Origin: an uncultured Actinomycetota bacterium
GTDB taxonomy: Bacteria; Actinomycetota; Actinomycetes; JAHEKZ01
Direction of reading: 5' to 3'
Assembly (NCBI GenBank): GCA_963743915.1
Contig: CAVURN010000001.1
Coordinates: forward strand, 736,001-800,000
DNA length: 64,000 bases
Shown: positions 20,811-29,809 of the stretch, piece after piece
Numbering within the stretch: the first letter of the stretch is position 1
Layout: each line of letters opens with the position of its first letter
Notes under the pieces: model-generated
Told to the model about the DNA's origin: nothing
The model's input: only the letters and a program-made list of their open reading frames with translations
The model's database searches: none
Made by a program: the position numbers and the translations under genes

Positions 20811-21686
20811 TGTCCACCGTGACGATCGAGGAGCGACGCGCCCGCGCGCTCGCCGAACTGCCGCCCTACCGCGAGCCGGGTGTGGGCACCCGCTTCGTCC
20901 GGTGGTTGCGCGCCCATCTGATCCAGTTCCTGGCCGCGTTGGCGCTGCTCTACATGTTCGTCCCGGTGCTGCTCGTCGTGGCGTTCTCGTTCAACGACCC
21001 CGCCGGCAAGTACAACTACACCTGGAACCAGTTCTCGACCGCGGCATGGACCGACGTGTGGCAGGACGCCCAGATCACCGACTCGGTCACGCTGAGCATC
21101 GAGATCGCGCTGCTCAGCACCGCTGTCGCCACGATGCTCGGCACCCTCATCGCCTTCGCCATCGGCCGTCACCGGTTCCGCGGCCGCGGCGGCACCAACC
21201 TGCTCATCTTCATGCCGATGGCGACCCCCGAGGTCGTCATGGGCTCCTCGCTGCTCACGCTCTTCGTCGCCGCGGGTCGTGAGGGTGAGCTCGGATTCGC
21301 GCACGATCACCATCGCGCACATCATGTTCTGCATCAGCTTCGTGGTCGTCACCGTGAAGGCCCGGATCGCCGGTCTCGACCCGCGTCTCGAACAGGCCGC
21401 CATGGACCTCTATGCGGATGAGAAGACCACCTTCCGCAAGGTCACCTTCCCGCTCGTGCTCCCGGGCATCGTGGCGGCTGCGCTGCTCGCCTTCTCGTTG
21501 TCGTTCGACGACTTCGTGATCACCAACTTCACCAGTGGCCAGACCCTGACCTTCCCCATGTACGTCTGGGGTGCGGCCGGTCGAGGCATCCCGCCTGAGG
21601 CGAACGTGGTCGGGGCCATCATGTTCGGCATCGCCCTGGTGATCGTCATCATCCCCGAGCTGGTCAAGCGGTTCCGCAAGCGCTGA
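20810..21686 (+). CDS. potC: Polyamine ABC permease PotC-like (frameshift near 21278)
   Basis: LYMFVPV..FSFN, PMATPEVV | AHIMFCISF, LEQAAMDL, SFDDF. Confidence 0.85.
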
Positions 21687-21759
21687 GCGGTCTCGCAGGT
21701 GGCCGGGGTCACGTCGCTGACCTCGCGGTGGTGCTCCATACTCGTGGCGAGGTGAGAGC

Positions 21760-23194
21760 GTGTCCGGAGTCCTGTCGAACGTCCCCGTCAGTGCGGCGAG
21801 CATCCGCGCGTCCCTGAAGGACGCGCAGCCGGCGTCCTTCTGGCTCGATGACCCAGACGGCGCCCGAGCCGCGTCCGACGCTGGCCGAGCACCTGCGCTG
21901 CGACCTGCTGGTGGTGGGTGGCGGCTTCACCGGGCTCTGGACCGCGCTGCTGGCCAAGGAGGAGGACCCGTCGCTCGACGTGGTCCTCGTGGAGGGCGAG
22001 CGGATCGGCTGGGCCGCCACGGGACGCAACGGCGGCTTCGTGTCCTCCAGCCTGACCCACGGTCTGCCCAACGGCGTCGACCGGTTCGCCGACGAGATGC
22101 CGACCCTGCTGCGCCTGGGCGACGAGAACCTCGATGCGATCGAGGAGACCATCGCCCGGTACGGGATCGACGCGCAGTGGGAGCACAACGGTGAGCTGAC
22201 CGCCGCCTACGAGCAGTGGCAGGTCGACGAGCTCGGCCACTACGTGGAGCAGGGCAAGGAGTACGGCGTCGACATCGAGCTCTGGGACGCCCAGCGCATG
22301 CAGGAGGAGGTGCACTCACCGACCTACCTGGGCGGACTGCACGAGCCGCACGGCACGGCACTGGTGAACCCGGCCCGACTCGCGTGGGGACTGGCCGACG
22401 GCTGCGGAGAGCCTCGGGGTCCGGATCTTCGAGCGGAGCAAGGTCACCGGTCTGGCCGAGGAGGGCGGCCAGATGGTCGCGTCCACCGGCTACGGCCAGG
22501 TGCAGGCACCGAAGGTCGCGCTCGCGACCAACATCTTCCCCAACCTGGTGCGCCGAGCCCGGTCCTACGTGATCCCGGTGTGGGACTACGTGCTGATGAC
22601 CGAGCCGCTGTCGCCCGCAGCAGATGGACTCCATCGGCTGGCGGCACCGGCAGGGGATCGGCGACGGCGGCAACCAGTTCCACTACTACCGGCTCAGCAG
22701 CGACAACCGCATCCTCTGGGGCGGTTACGACGCGATCTACCACTTCGGCAACGGTCTGGGCGAGGAGCTCGCCCAGCGCCCGGAGTCGTTCGTCCGGCTG
22801 GCGGAGCACTTCTTCACCACCTTCCCCCAGCTCGAGGGGGTGCGGTTCAGCCACACCTGGGGCGGTGCCATCGACACCTCCACGCGGTTCTGTGCCCTGT
22901 GGGGCCAGGCGTACGGCGGCAGGGTCTCCTACGTGCTCGGGTACACCGGGCTCGGGCGTGGGCGCGACCCGGTTCGGGGCGCAGGTCATGCTCGACCACC
23001 TGCACGGACGCCGCACGGAGCGGACCGAGCTGCAGATGGTCCGCAAGAAGCCGGTCCCCTTCCCGCCGGAGCCGGTGAAGTCGGCCGGCATCCAGCTCAC
23101 CCGGTGGTCGATCGCCCGGGCGGACCGCCAGGAGGGGAAGCGGAACCTCTGGCTCCGGAGTCTGGACCGTCTGGGACTCGGCTTCGACTCCTGA
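21760..23194 (+). CDS. FAD-dependent oxidoreductase, PuuB/DadA family (about 4 frameshifts)
   Basis: VVGGGFTGLW, GWAATGRNGGF, FHYYRL..DNRILWGG, WGGAID, GYTG.GVGATRFGA, LGLGFDS spread over frames. Confidence 0.8.
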
Positions 23195-23225
23195 TCACAA
23201 GATGTAAGGCGAACGTCGATCTGCC

Positions 23226-23238
23226 TGACACTGTGTCA
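23226..23238. promoter_or_regulatory. Palindromic operator TGACACTGTGTCA upstream of mmsA
   Basis: Perfect 6-1-6 palindrome; related sites at 15455, 23197, 26524 and 34483. Confidence 0.5.
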
Positions 23239-23311
23239 CTTGAACGGGCGCGGCACCGGTGGACCAGAGTGGAGCCCGGTGCCGAGATGCGGCGCGTTGG
23301 CAGGAGGCACA

Positions 23312-24809
23312 ATGACCAAGCACGTGACCCACTGGATCGACGGCAAGCTCCACGGCGGCGTCGCCGAGCGCCAGGGTGACATCTTCGACCCGGCCACCGG
23401 ACAGGTCAGCGGTCACGTCGACTTCGCCGACGTGGCCATCGTGGACGAGGCCGTGGCCGCGGCGAAGGCCGGCGTTCGCGCGAGTGGCGCCACGCGTCGC
23501 TCACCAAGCGGAGCCAGGTCCTGTTCAAGTTCCGTGAGCTGCTCGACGCCCGCAAGGGAGAGATCGCCGAGCTCATCACCGCCGAGCACGGCAAGGTGCT
23601 CTCGGACGCGCTGGGTGAGGTCACGCGCGGCCAGGAGGTCGTCGAGTTCGCCTGTGGGATCCCGCACCTGCTCAAGGGCGGCTTCTCCGAGAGCGTCTCG
23701 ACCCGGGTCGACGTCTACTCGATCCGTCAGCCGCTCGGCGTCGTCGGCATCATCTCGCCGTTCAACTTCCCGGCCATGGTGCCCGATGTGGTTCTTCCCC
23801 ATCGCCATCGCCGCGGGCAACGCGGTCATCGTCAAGCCGAGCGAGAAGGACCCGTCGGCCGCCAACTTCATCGCCGAGCTCTGGGCCGAGGCGGGGCTGC
23901 CCGCGGGTGTCTTCAACGTGGTGCACGGTGACAAGGTCGCCGTCGACCGGCTGCTCGAGCACCCCGACGTCAAGGCCGTCTCGTTCGTCGGCTCCACGCC
24001 CATCGCCCGGTACGTCTACGAGACCGGGACCAAGAACGGCAAGCGGGTGCAGGCCCTCGGCGGGGCCAAGAACCACATGCTCGTGCTGCCGGACGCCGAT
24101 CTCGACCTGGCGGCCGACCAGGCCATCAACGCAGGGTTCGGGTCGGCCGGCGAGCGCTGCATGGCCATCTCCGCGCTGATCGCGGTCGACAGCATCGCCG
24201 ACGACCTGATCGCGAAGATCACCGAGCGCATGGGGACCCTGCGCACCGGTGACGGTCGCCGCGGCTGCGACATGGGGCCGTTGGTCACCGCGCAGCACCG
24301 CGACAAGGTCGCCGGCTATGTCGCCGCCGGGGTCGAGGAGGGCGCATCGCTGGTGGTCGACGGCCGCGAGGTGCAGCCGGACGGTGAGGCCGGATGGCTT
24401 CTGGCTCGGCCCCACGCTGTTCGACAACGTCACGCCCGACATGAGCATCTACACCGACGAGATCTTCGGACCGGTGCTGTCGGTGGTGCGCGTGCACTCC
24501 TACGACGAGGGCCTCAAGCTCATCAACGACCACCCGTACGGCAACGGGACCGCGATCTTCACCAACGACGGTGGCGCCGCGCGCCGCTTCCAGAACGAGG
24601 TCGAGGTCGGCATGGTCGGCATCAACGTGCCGATCCCGGTGCCGATGGCCTACTACTCGTTCGGGGGCTGGAAGAACTCCCTCTTCGGCGACACCCACGC
24701 GCACGGCATGGAGGGCGTGCACTTCTACACCCGCGGCAAGGTCGTCACCAGCCGCTGGCTCGACCCGAGCCACGGCGGCATCAACCTCGGCTTCCCGCAG
24801 AACGCCTGA
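23312..24809 (+). CDS. mmsA: CoA-acylating (methyl)malonate-semialdehyde dehydrogenase (3 frameshifts)
   Basis: [69 protein letters not shown]. Confidence 0.85.
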
Positions 24810-24899
24810 GCCGGCGTCCCGCAGAACGCCGAGCTGCTCACCTCGCTCACCCGCTTGGGTGATCGACCCGCGAGCGCTCAAGGTCGATGCTTACTGACT

Positions 24900-25424
24900 G
24901 TGAGCACCGGGGGAGCACGCGACGTCATTCGGGTCATCACCGACTTCCGGAGAGCGTTGGGCGAGGTGGCGCCGCAGGACTGTCCTGAGGCTGCCGCCGA
25001 GTTCCTCTGTGAGCTCTTCGAGGGCTCGGCGACGGCGCTCAACCTGATGGACTACGGCCAGACCCGGTTCCAGACCGTGACGAACGTGGGTCGGCTGACG
25101 CGGGACGAACGCCGCGTGCCGCTGGGTGAGTACTACGGGTTCGCCGACTTCCCCATGACGACGCAGGCGCTGGCGAAGGGTGCGGCCTACCGGTCCTCCC
25201 TGCTCGACCCCAACTGTCCTCCGGAGTACCGCACGCTGTTGAGCGCGCAGCGTCGCACCGATTGCATGGGGGCCCCGATCCGCCTCTCCGGCCGTCCGGT
25301 GGGGGAGTTCTGGGTCTCCCGTGACTCCGGTCGGCCCTTCACCGAAGTCGACGAGGACTTGGCGGTCGCCTGCGGCGCCACGCTCGCCCGCTACTTCCGG
25401 CCGAGCTGGGCTCACGCCGGCTGA
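24900..25424 (+). CDS. Stand-alone GAF-domain protein
   Basis: YGFADFPMT, CMGAPIRLSGRPVGEFWVSR..RPFTEVDEDLA GAF pattern; start uncertain (24855 or 24900). Confidence 0.6.
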   Translation: MSTGGARDVIRVITDFRRALGEVAPQDCPEAAAEFLCELFEGSATALNLMDYGQTRFQTVTNVGRLTRDERRVPLGEYYGFADFPMTTQALAKGAAYRSSLLDPNCPPEYRTLLSAQRRTDCMGAPIRLSGRPVGEFWVSRDSGRPFTEVDEDLAVACGATLARYFRPSWAHAG

Positions 25425-25451
25425 GTCGTTCCCGGTCGGTAGGGTTCGCGC

Positions 25452-26480
25452 ATGACGCGCTACGGCCCCATGTTCGGCCCTGACATCACCTTCCTCGGCG
25501 TGCCCGCCTGTGACCTCGACGAGCCGGACACGTACGCGGACGCCGACGTGGTGATCGTGGGTGCGCCGTTCGACGGTGGCACCAGCCACCGCCCTGGCAC
25601 GCGGTTCGGTCCCATGGCCATGCGCTCCACCGACTACCTACCGCACGACGGCGTCCGCCCGCACATGGCGATGCGGGTCGAGGCCTTGACCGAGGACCTC
25701 CGCGTGGTCGACGCGGGTGACCTCGAGGTCTACTCGGGCGACGTCGTGCGCAGCTGTCAGATCATCGAGGACGCGGTGGCCACCATCGCTGAGTCCGGCA
25801 AGATCCCGCTCGTGCTCGGCGGCGACCACACCGTCACCTGGCCGGACGTCACCGGGGTCGCCCGCGCCGCCGGCTACGGCCGGGTGTCGGTGATCCACTT
25901 CGACGCCCATGCCGACACCGGCGACATCGAGTTCGGCTCGCTCTACGGACACGGCCAGCCCATGCGCAGGCTCATCGAGTCGGGTGCTGCGCGCGGCGAC
26001 CGCTTCCTGCAGCTGGGGCTGCGCGGCTACTGGCCCGGCCCGGACATCCTCGACTGGATGGCCGACCAGAACATGCGTTCGTTCCACATGAGCGAGATCG
26101 TCGCCAAAGGCCTCGACGCGGTGCTGGACGAGGCCTTCACCATCGCCACCGACGACTGCGACGGGATCTTCCTGTCGGTCGACATCGACGTCTGCGACCC
26201 CGGGCACGCCCCCGGTACCGGCACCCCGGAACCGGGGGGACTGACCGCCCGCCAGCTGCTCGACGCCGTCTCGCGCATCTGCTACGAGCTGCCCGTGCTC
26301 GGCGTCGACGTGGTGGAGGTCTCCCCGCCCTACGACCACGCCGAGATCACCGCCTTCCTGGGCAACCGGGTGGTGCTCGAGGCCCTCTCCGGCATCGCAC
26401 GACGCCGCAAGGACGGCGGCCAGGTGCGCTGGGACCGGGCCACCCCGCTGCTCGACGGGCGTGGCTCCGGGTCCGTCTGA
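25452..26480 (+). CDS. speB: Agmatinase (ureohydrolase)
   Basis: GGDHT, HFDAHAD, SVDIDVCDP, GTGTPEPGG, VEVSPPYD. Confidence 0.9.
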   Translation: MTRYGPMFGPDITFLGVPACDLDEPDTYADADVVIVGAPFDGGTSHRPGTRFGPMAMRSTDYLPHDGVRPHMAMRVEALTEDLRVVDAGDLEVYSGDVVRSCQIIEDAVATIAESGKIPLVLGGDHTVTWPDVTGVARAAGYGRVSVIHFDAHADTGDIEFGSLYGHGQPMRRLIESGAARGDRFLQLGLRGYWPGPDILDWMADQNMRSFHMSEIVAKGLDAVLDEAFTIATDDCDGIFLSVDIDVCDPGHAPGTGTPEPGGLTARQLLDAVSRICYELPVLGVDVVEVSPPYDHAEITAFLGNRVVLEALSGIARRRKDGGQVRWDRATPLLDGRGSGSV

Positions 26481-26643
26481 GACCCTCTCTGACCTGGGCA
26501 ATATCACTCTCCGTAACATCGCCTGACACTGTGTGTTCACCCGTATGGCGGTCTAACGATGTCGCTCTCCGGCACGAAGTAATCACTGTGGGGGTGACGT
26601 TGTGCACTTCCCGCTCGTCGCGACTGAAATGGGAAGGGGAGCG

Positions 26644-26751
26644 ATGAAGAACATCAAGTCAGAGATGGTGGTCCGAGGCAGCGCTGCTGCGGTGGGCCTC
26701 ATGGTGCTCGTGTCCGTTGTCGGGGCCGGCACCAAGTGGATGAACAACTAA
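26644..26751 (+). CDS. 35-aa hydrophobic peptide with C-terminal SVVGAGTKW motif (putative signal precursor 1)
   Basis: AAGGGGAG SD, ATG...TAA; MKNIKSEMVVRGSAAAVGLMVLVSVVGAGTKWMNN; paralogous to the next ORF. Confidence 0.8.
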   Translation: MKNIKSEMVVRGSAAAVGLMVLVSVVGAGTKWMNN

Positions 26752-26764
26752 AGGAGGCGATCAC

Positions 26765-26871
26765 ATGATGGACGAGCTCAAGGCTCGCGTGATCGTCTCC
26801 GTGCTGGGCAGCGCCGCCACGGTGGTGACCCTGGCATCTGTGGTCGGAGCCGGAAAGAAGTGGGCCGCTAA
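26765..26871 (+). CDS. ~35-aa hydrophobic peptide with SVVGAGKKW motif (putative signal precursor 2)
   Basis: AGGAGG SD; MMDELKARVIVSVLGSAATVVTLASVVGAGKKW; TAA at 26869-26871 is one base out of frame (restoring one G gives ...KKWGR*); as assembled it reads on to 27070. Confidence 0.7.
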
Positions 26872-26878
26872 CGACACC

Positions 26879-26917
26879 AGAAGGGGGAGCCGTCGATCGT
26901 TCGGCGGCTCCCCTTCT
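26879..26917 (+). terminator. Strong hairpin between the peptide genes and the sensor gene
   Basis: agaagggggagccgtcga-tcgt-tcggcggctccccttct. Confidence 0.6.
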
Positions 26918-28986
26918 TCGTCGTCCCGAGTGGGCGCTTTCGGCCTACATCTGGGCCGTCATCGTCGACGGGGCTGCTGCTCCTGGTCGTGTCACTCTTC
27001 CTGGCACCGCTGTCCGAGGCCTTCGGGGTCGACGCATGGGGCGGATACCCCTCCCAGGGACTCGTGCTGACCCTGCTCGTGGGCACGGTGATCATCGGGG
27101 AGCTGCGCCCCGTCCCGGTGCCGCGCGGCGGCGACACCGCCGACATGATCACCATCTCCACCACGTTCACCCTCACGCTGGCCATCGTGGGTCCGGTGAG
27201 CGTCGCCCTGCTCGCCCAGGCGGTCGCTGTGCTCATCGACGACGCGATCTCCCGTCGGTCCCCGGTCAAGATCGCCTTCAACGTCGCGCAGTACACGATC
27301 ACGGTGATGGCCGCCCATACCGCGTACTCCCTCGTCGTCGGCGAGCCGGTCTTCGGGCCCTACAACTACTTCGACCACAACGCGCTGGAGCTCGCAGGTG
27401 CCTGGTCGCCGCCTTCGTCTTCCTGCTGGTGAACCAGGCACTGGTCTCCACCGTGGTCTCGCTCGCCTCCGAGCAGCGCGTCCGTACCGTCTTCGTGCAG
27501 GACCTGCGCTTCCAGGCGATGACCGCCGGCGTCCTCTCGATCCTCGCCCCCGTGGCAGCGCTCGTGGTGCAGGCGCAGCCGCTGATGCTCCCGATGCTGA
27601 TCGCGCCGGTCGCTGCGGTCTACAACAGCGCGCAGGCTCGCCGTCGCGATGGGTCGTCAGGCGAGCCACGACGCGCTGACCGGCCTGGCCAACCGCGAGC
27701 TGTTCCGCGAGCGGGCGGTCAAGGCACTCGAGGACTCGCAGCGGACCGACCAGCCCCTGGCGATCATGATGATCGACCTCGACCACTTCAAGGAGATCAA
27801 CGACACCCTCGGCCACCAGGTGGGCGACGAGCTGATCTGCGAGGTCGCTCACCGGCTGGAGGAGGCACGGCCAGCGGGTGCCACGGTGGCCCGCCTCGGT
27901 GGCGACGAGTTCGCGGTGCTCCTGCCGGACATCCCCGACCTCTCGGTCGCTGAGGACGTGGCCACGTACCTGCTGTCGGTCCTCGGCAAGTCGTTCTCGG
28001 TGGGCGGTGTCCGGCTGGTGGTGCAGGCGAGCCTCGGCATCGCCCTTGCTCCTGACCATGGCGACGACGTCCACACGCTCATGCGCCGCTCCGACATCGC
28101 GCTCTACGAGGCGAAACGCGAGCGCGCACGCTTCTGTGCCTACACCTCCGAGGACGAGGACACCCACACCCCGCAACGTCTCACGATCCTCACCGACCTG
28201 CGGTCGGCGGTGGAGGAGGACGAGCTCTTCCTCGTCTACCAGCCGAAGATCGATGTCGCGAGCGGCGAGGTCGCCGGTGTCGAGGCGCTGGTGCGCTGGA
28301 ACCACCCCACCCGCGGCATCCAGTACCCCGACACGTTCATCCCGCTGGCCGAGAACACCGGTCTCATCACACCGATCACGTGGTTCGTGGTGGAGCGCGC
28401 CCTCCGTCAGGTGCGGACATGGCAGGAGAACGGGATCGACCTGTCGGTCGCGGTCAACCTCTCGGTGCGCCACCTCACCGACATGAGTCTGCCGGACCGG
28501 ATCGCGGTCGCCCTCGAGCGCTGGGGGGTGGCACCGTCCAAGCTGGTGGTCGAGGTCACCGAGAACAGCATCATGACGGACCCGAAGCGTGCGACGGTCG
28601 TGCTGCAGCAGCTGCGCAGGATCGGCGTCGAGATCGCGATCGACGACTACGGCACCGGCCATGCGTCCCTGAACTACCTCAAGCGCTTCGACATCGACGA
28701 GCTCAAGGTGGACAAGTCGTTCATCATGAACCTGGACCCCGACTCGAGCGACGCGATCATCGTCGCCTCCACCATCGAGCTCGGCCACAACCTCGGGCTG
28801 CGGATCGTCGCCGAAGGGGTCGAGGACGCCGCGACGCTCGAGTGGCTCGGCGGCCTCGGGTGCGACATCGCGCAGGGCTTCCACATCGGGCGACCGATGA
28901 CTCCGGAGGCCATCGTCGAGGTCGTGCGTGAGCGCGGCGGGGACCACCGGTCCGCTGGTCCGCTGCGTCTGGTCGGGAGCAGCTGA
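26892..28986 (+). CDS. Multi-TM sensor domain plus GGDEF-EAL (diguanylate cyclase/phosphodiesterase); frameshifts near 26967, 27405 and 27636
   Basis: Hydrophobic N-terminal segments across three frames (GELRPVPV, ITISTTFTL, KIAFNVAQ, FLLVNQALV); HDALTGLANR, RLGGDEF, VEALVRW, DDYGTG, AEGVE, QGF; no clear start codon seen. Confidence 0.85.
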
Positions 28987-29634
28987 TGCTCGTCCTCGTC
29001 CTGTGCGTCTTGTCGCTCGCGTCGCCCGTGCTGTTCGGCGGGCAGATGTCGCGGCTCGCCTTCGTCCGGTTCCGTGGCTGGTGGATCCTGGTCGCGGCGC
29101 TGCTCGCGCAGATCGTCATCATCGAGGTGGTTCCCGACGCGAACCGCACGCTGCTGGAGAGCGTGCACATGGCGACGTACGTCGCGGCGGGCGCCTTCGT
29201 CGCCATGAACTGGCGGGTGCCGGGACTCCTGGTCATCGCGCTGGGGGGCGCCTCGAACGGCATCACGATCGCCCTCAACGGCGGGCAGCTGCCGGCGTCG
29301 CGACCCGCTCTGGAGATGGCGGGCATCGAGGTGGCCAACGGTGACTTCATCAACTCCGGTGTGCTGAAGGACCCCGTGCTGCCGCTTGCTGGGTGACTAC
29401 TTCGTGTGGCCTGAACCCTTTCCGTTCGCCAACGTGTTCAGCGTCGGGGATGTGCTGATCGTCCTCGGTACGCTCTACGGCGCTCACAAGATCACCGGGT
29501 CGCGTCTGGTCAAGCGCCCGTGGCGGCTGCCCGACGACGTCGAGGCGATGCTGCGGGGAGGCCGCGGGGACGCCGAGGTGCCGGCTGGGGCGGCAGAGGG
29601 GCAGTCCGGTCGTCTGCGGATGCGGTGCCGGTAG
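28986..29634 (+). CDS. DUF5317-like membrane protein (frameshift near 29389)
   Basis: TGATG coupling; GG..SRL..VRFRGWW, LGGASNGITIALNGGQLP, LGDYF, NVFSVGDVLIVLG. Confidence 0.75.
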
Positions 29635-29809
29635 CCGCGGCTCCGGAGTCCCTCGCCGAGCGTCTCGCCCGACGTCGGGGCCCTAACCAGCGAAGAGCAC
29701 GACACAGGTTAGGATCGGTGGCGCCGCGAGCCCGATGCCCGGAGGATGCCACCCCGAAGGGCTCGGGTCCATGGACACCGCGGCGTCCGCCGACGGAAGG
29801 ACTTCTCTC

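Noticed and set aside
26644-26871. Peptides as type IV/Flp pilins, RiPP precursors with tailoring enzymes, or type I toxins
   Set aside because: No G/xxxxEY pilin motif, no nearby modification enzymes or tad genes, no Cys, and no evident antisense antitoxin; the operon context favours signalling.
26765-27070. 101-aa ORF in the track
   Set aside because: After GAGKKW the sequence is non-protein-like and runs through a hairpin. A TAA one base out of frame and the paralogous upstream peptide favour a ~35-aa product.
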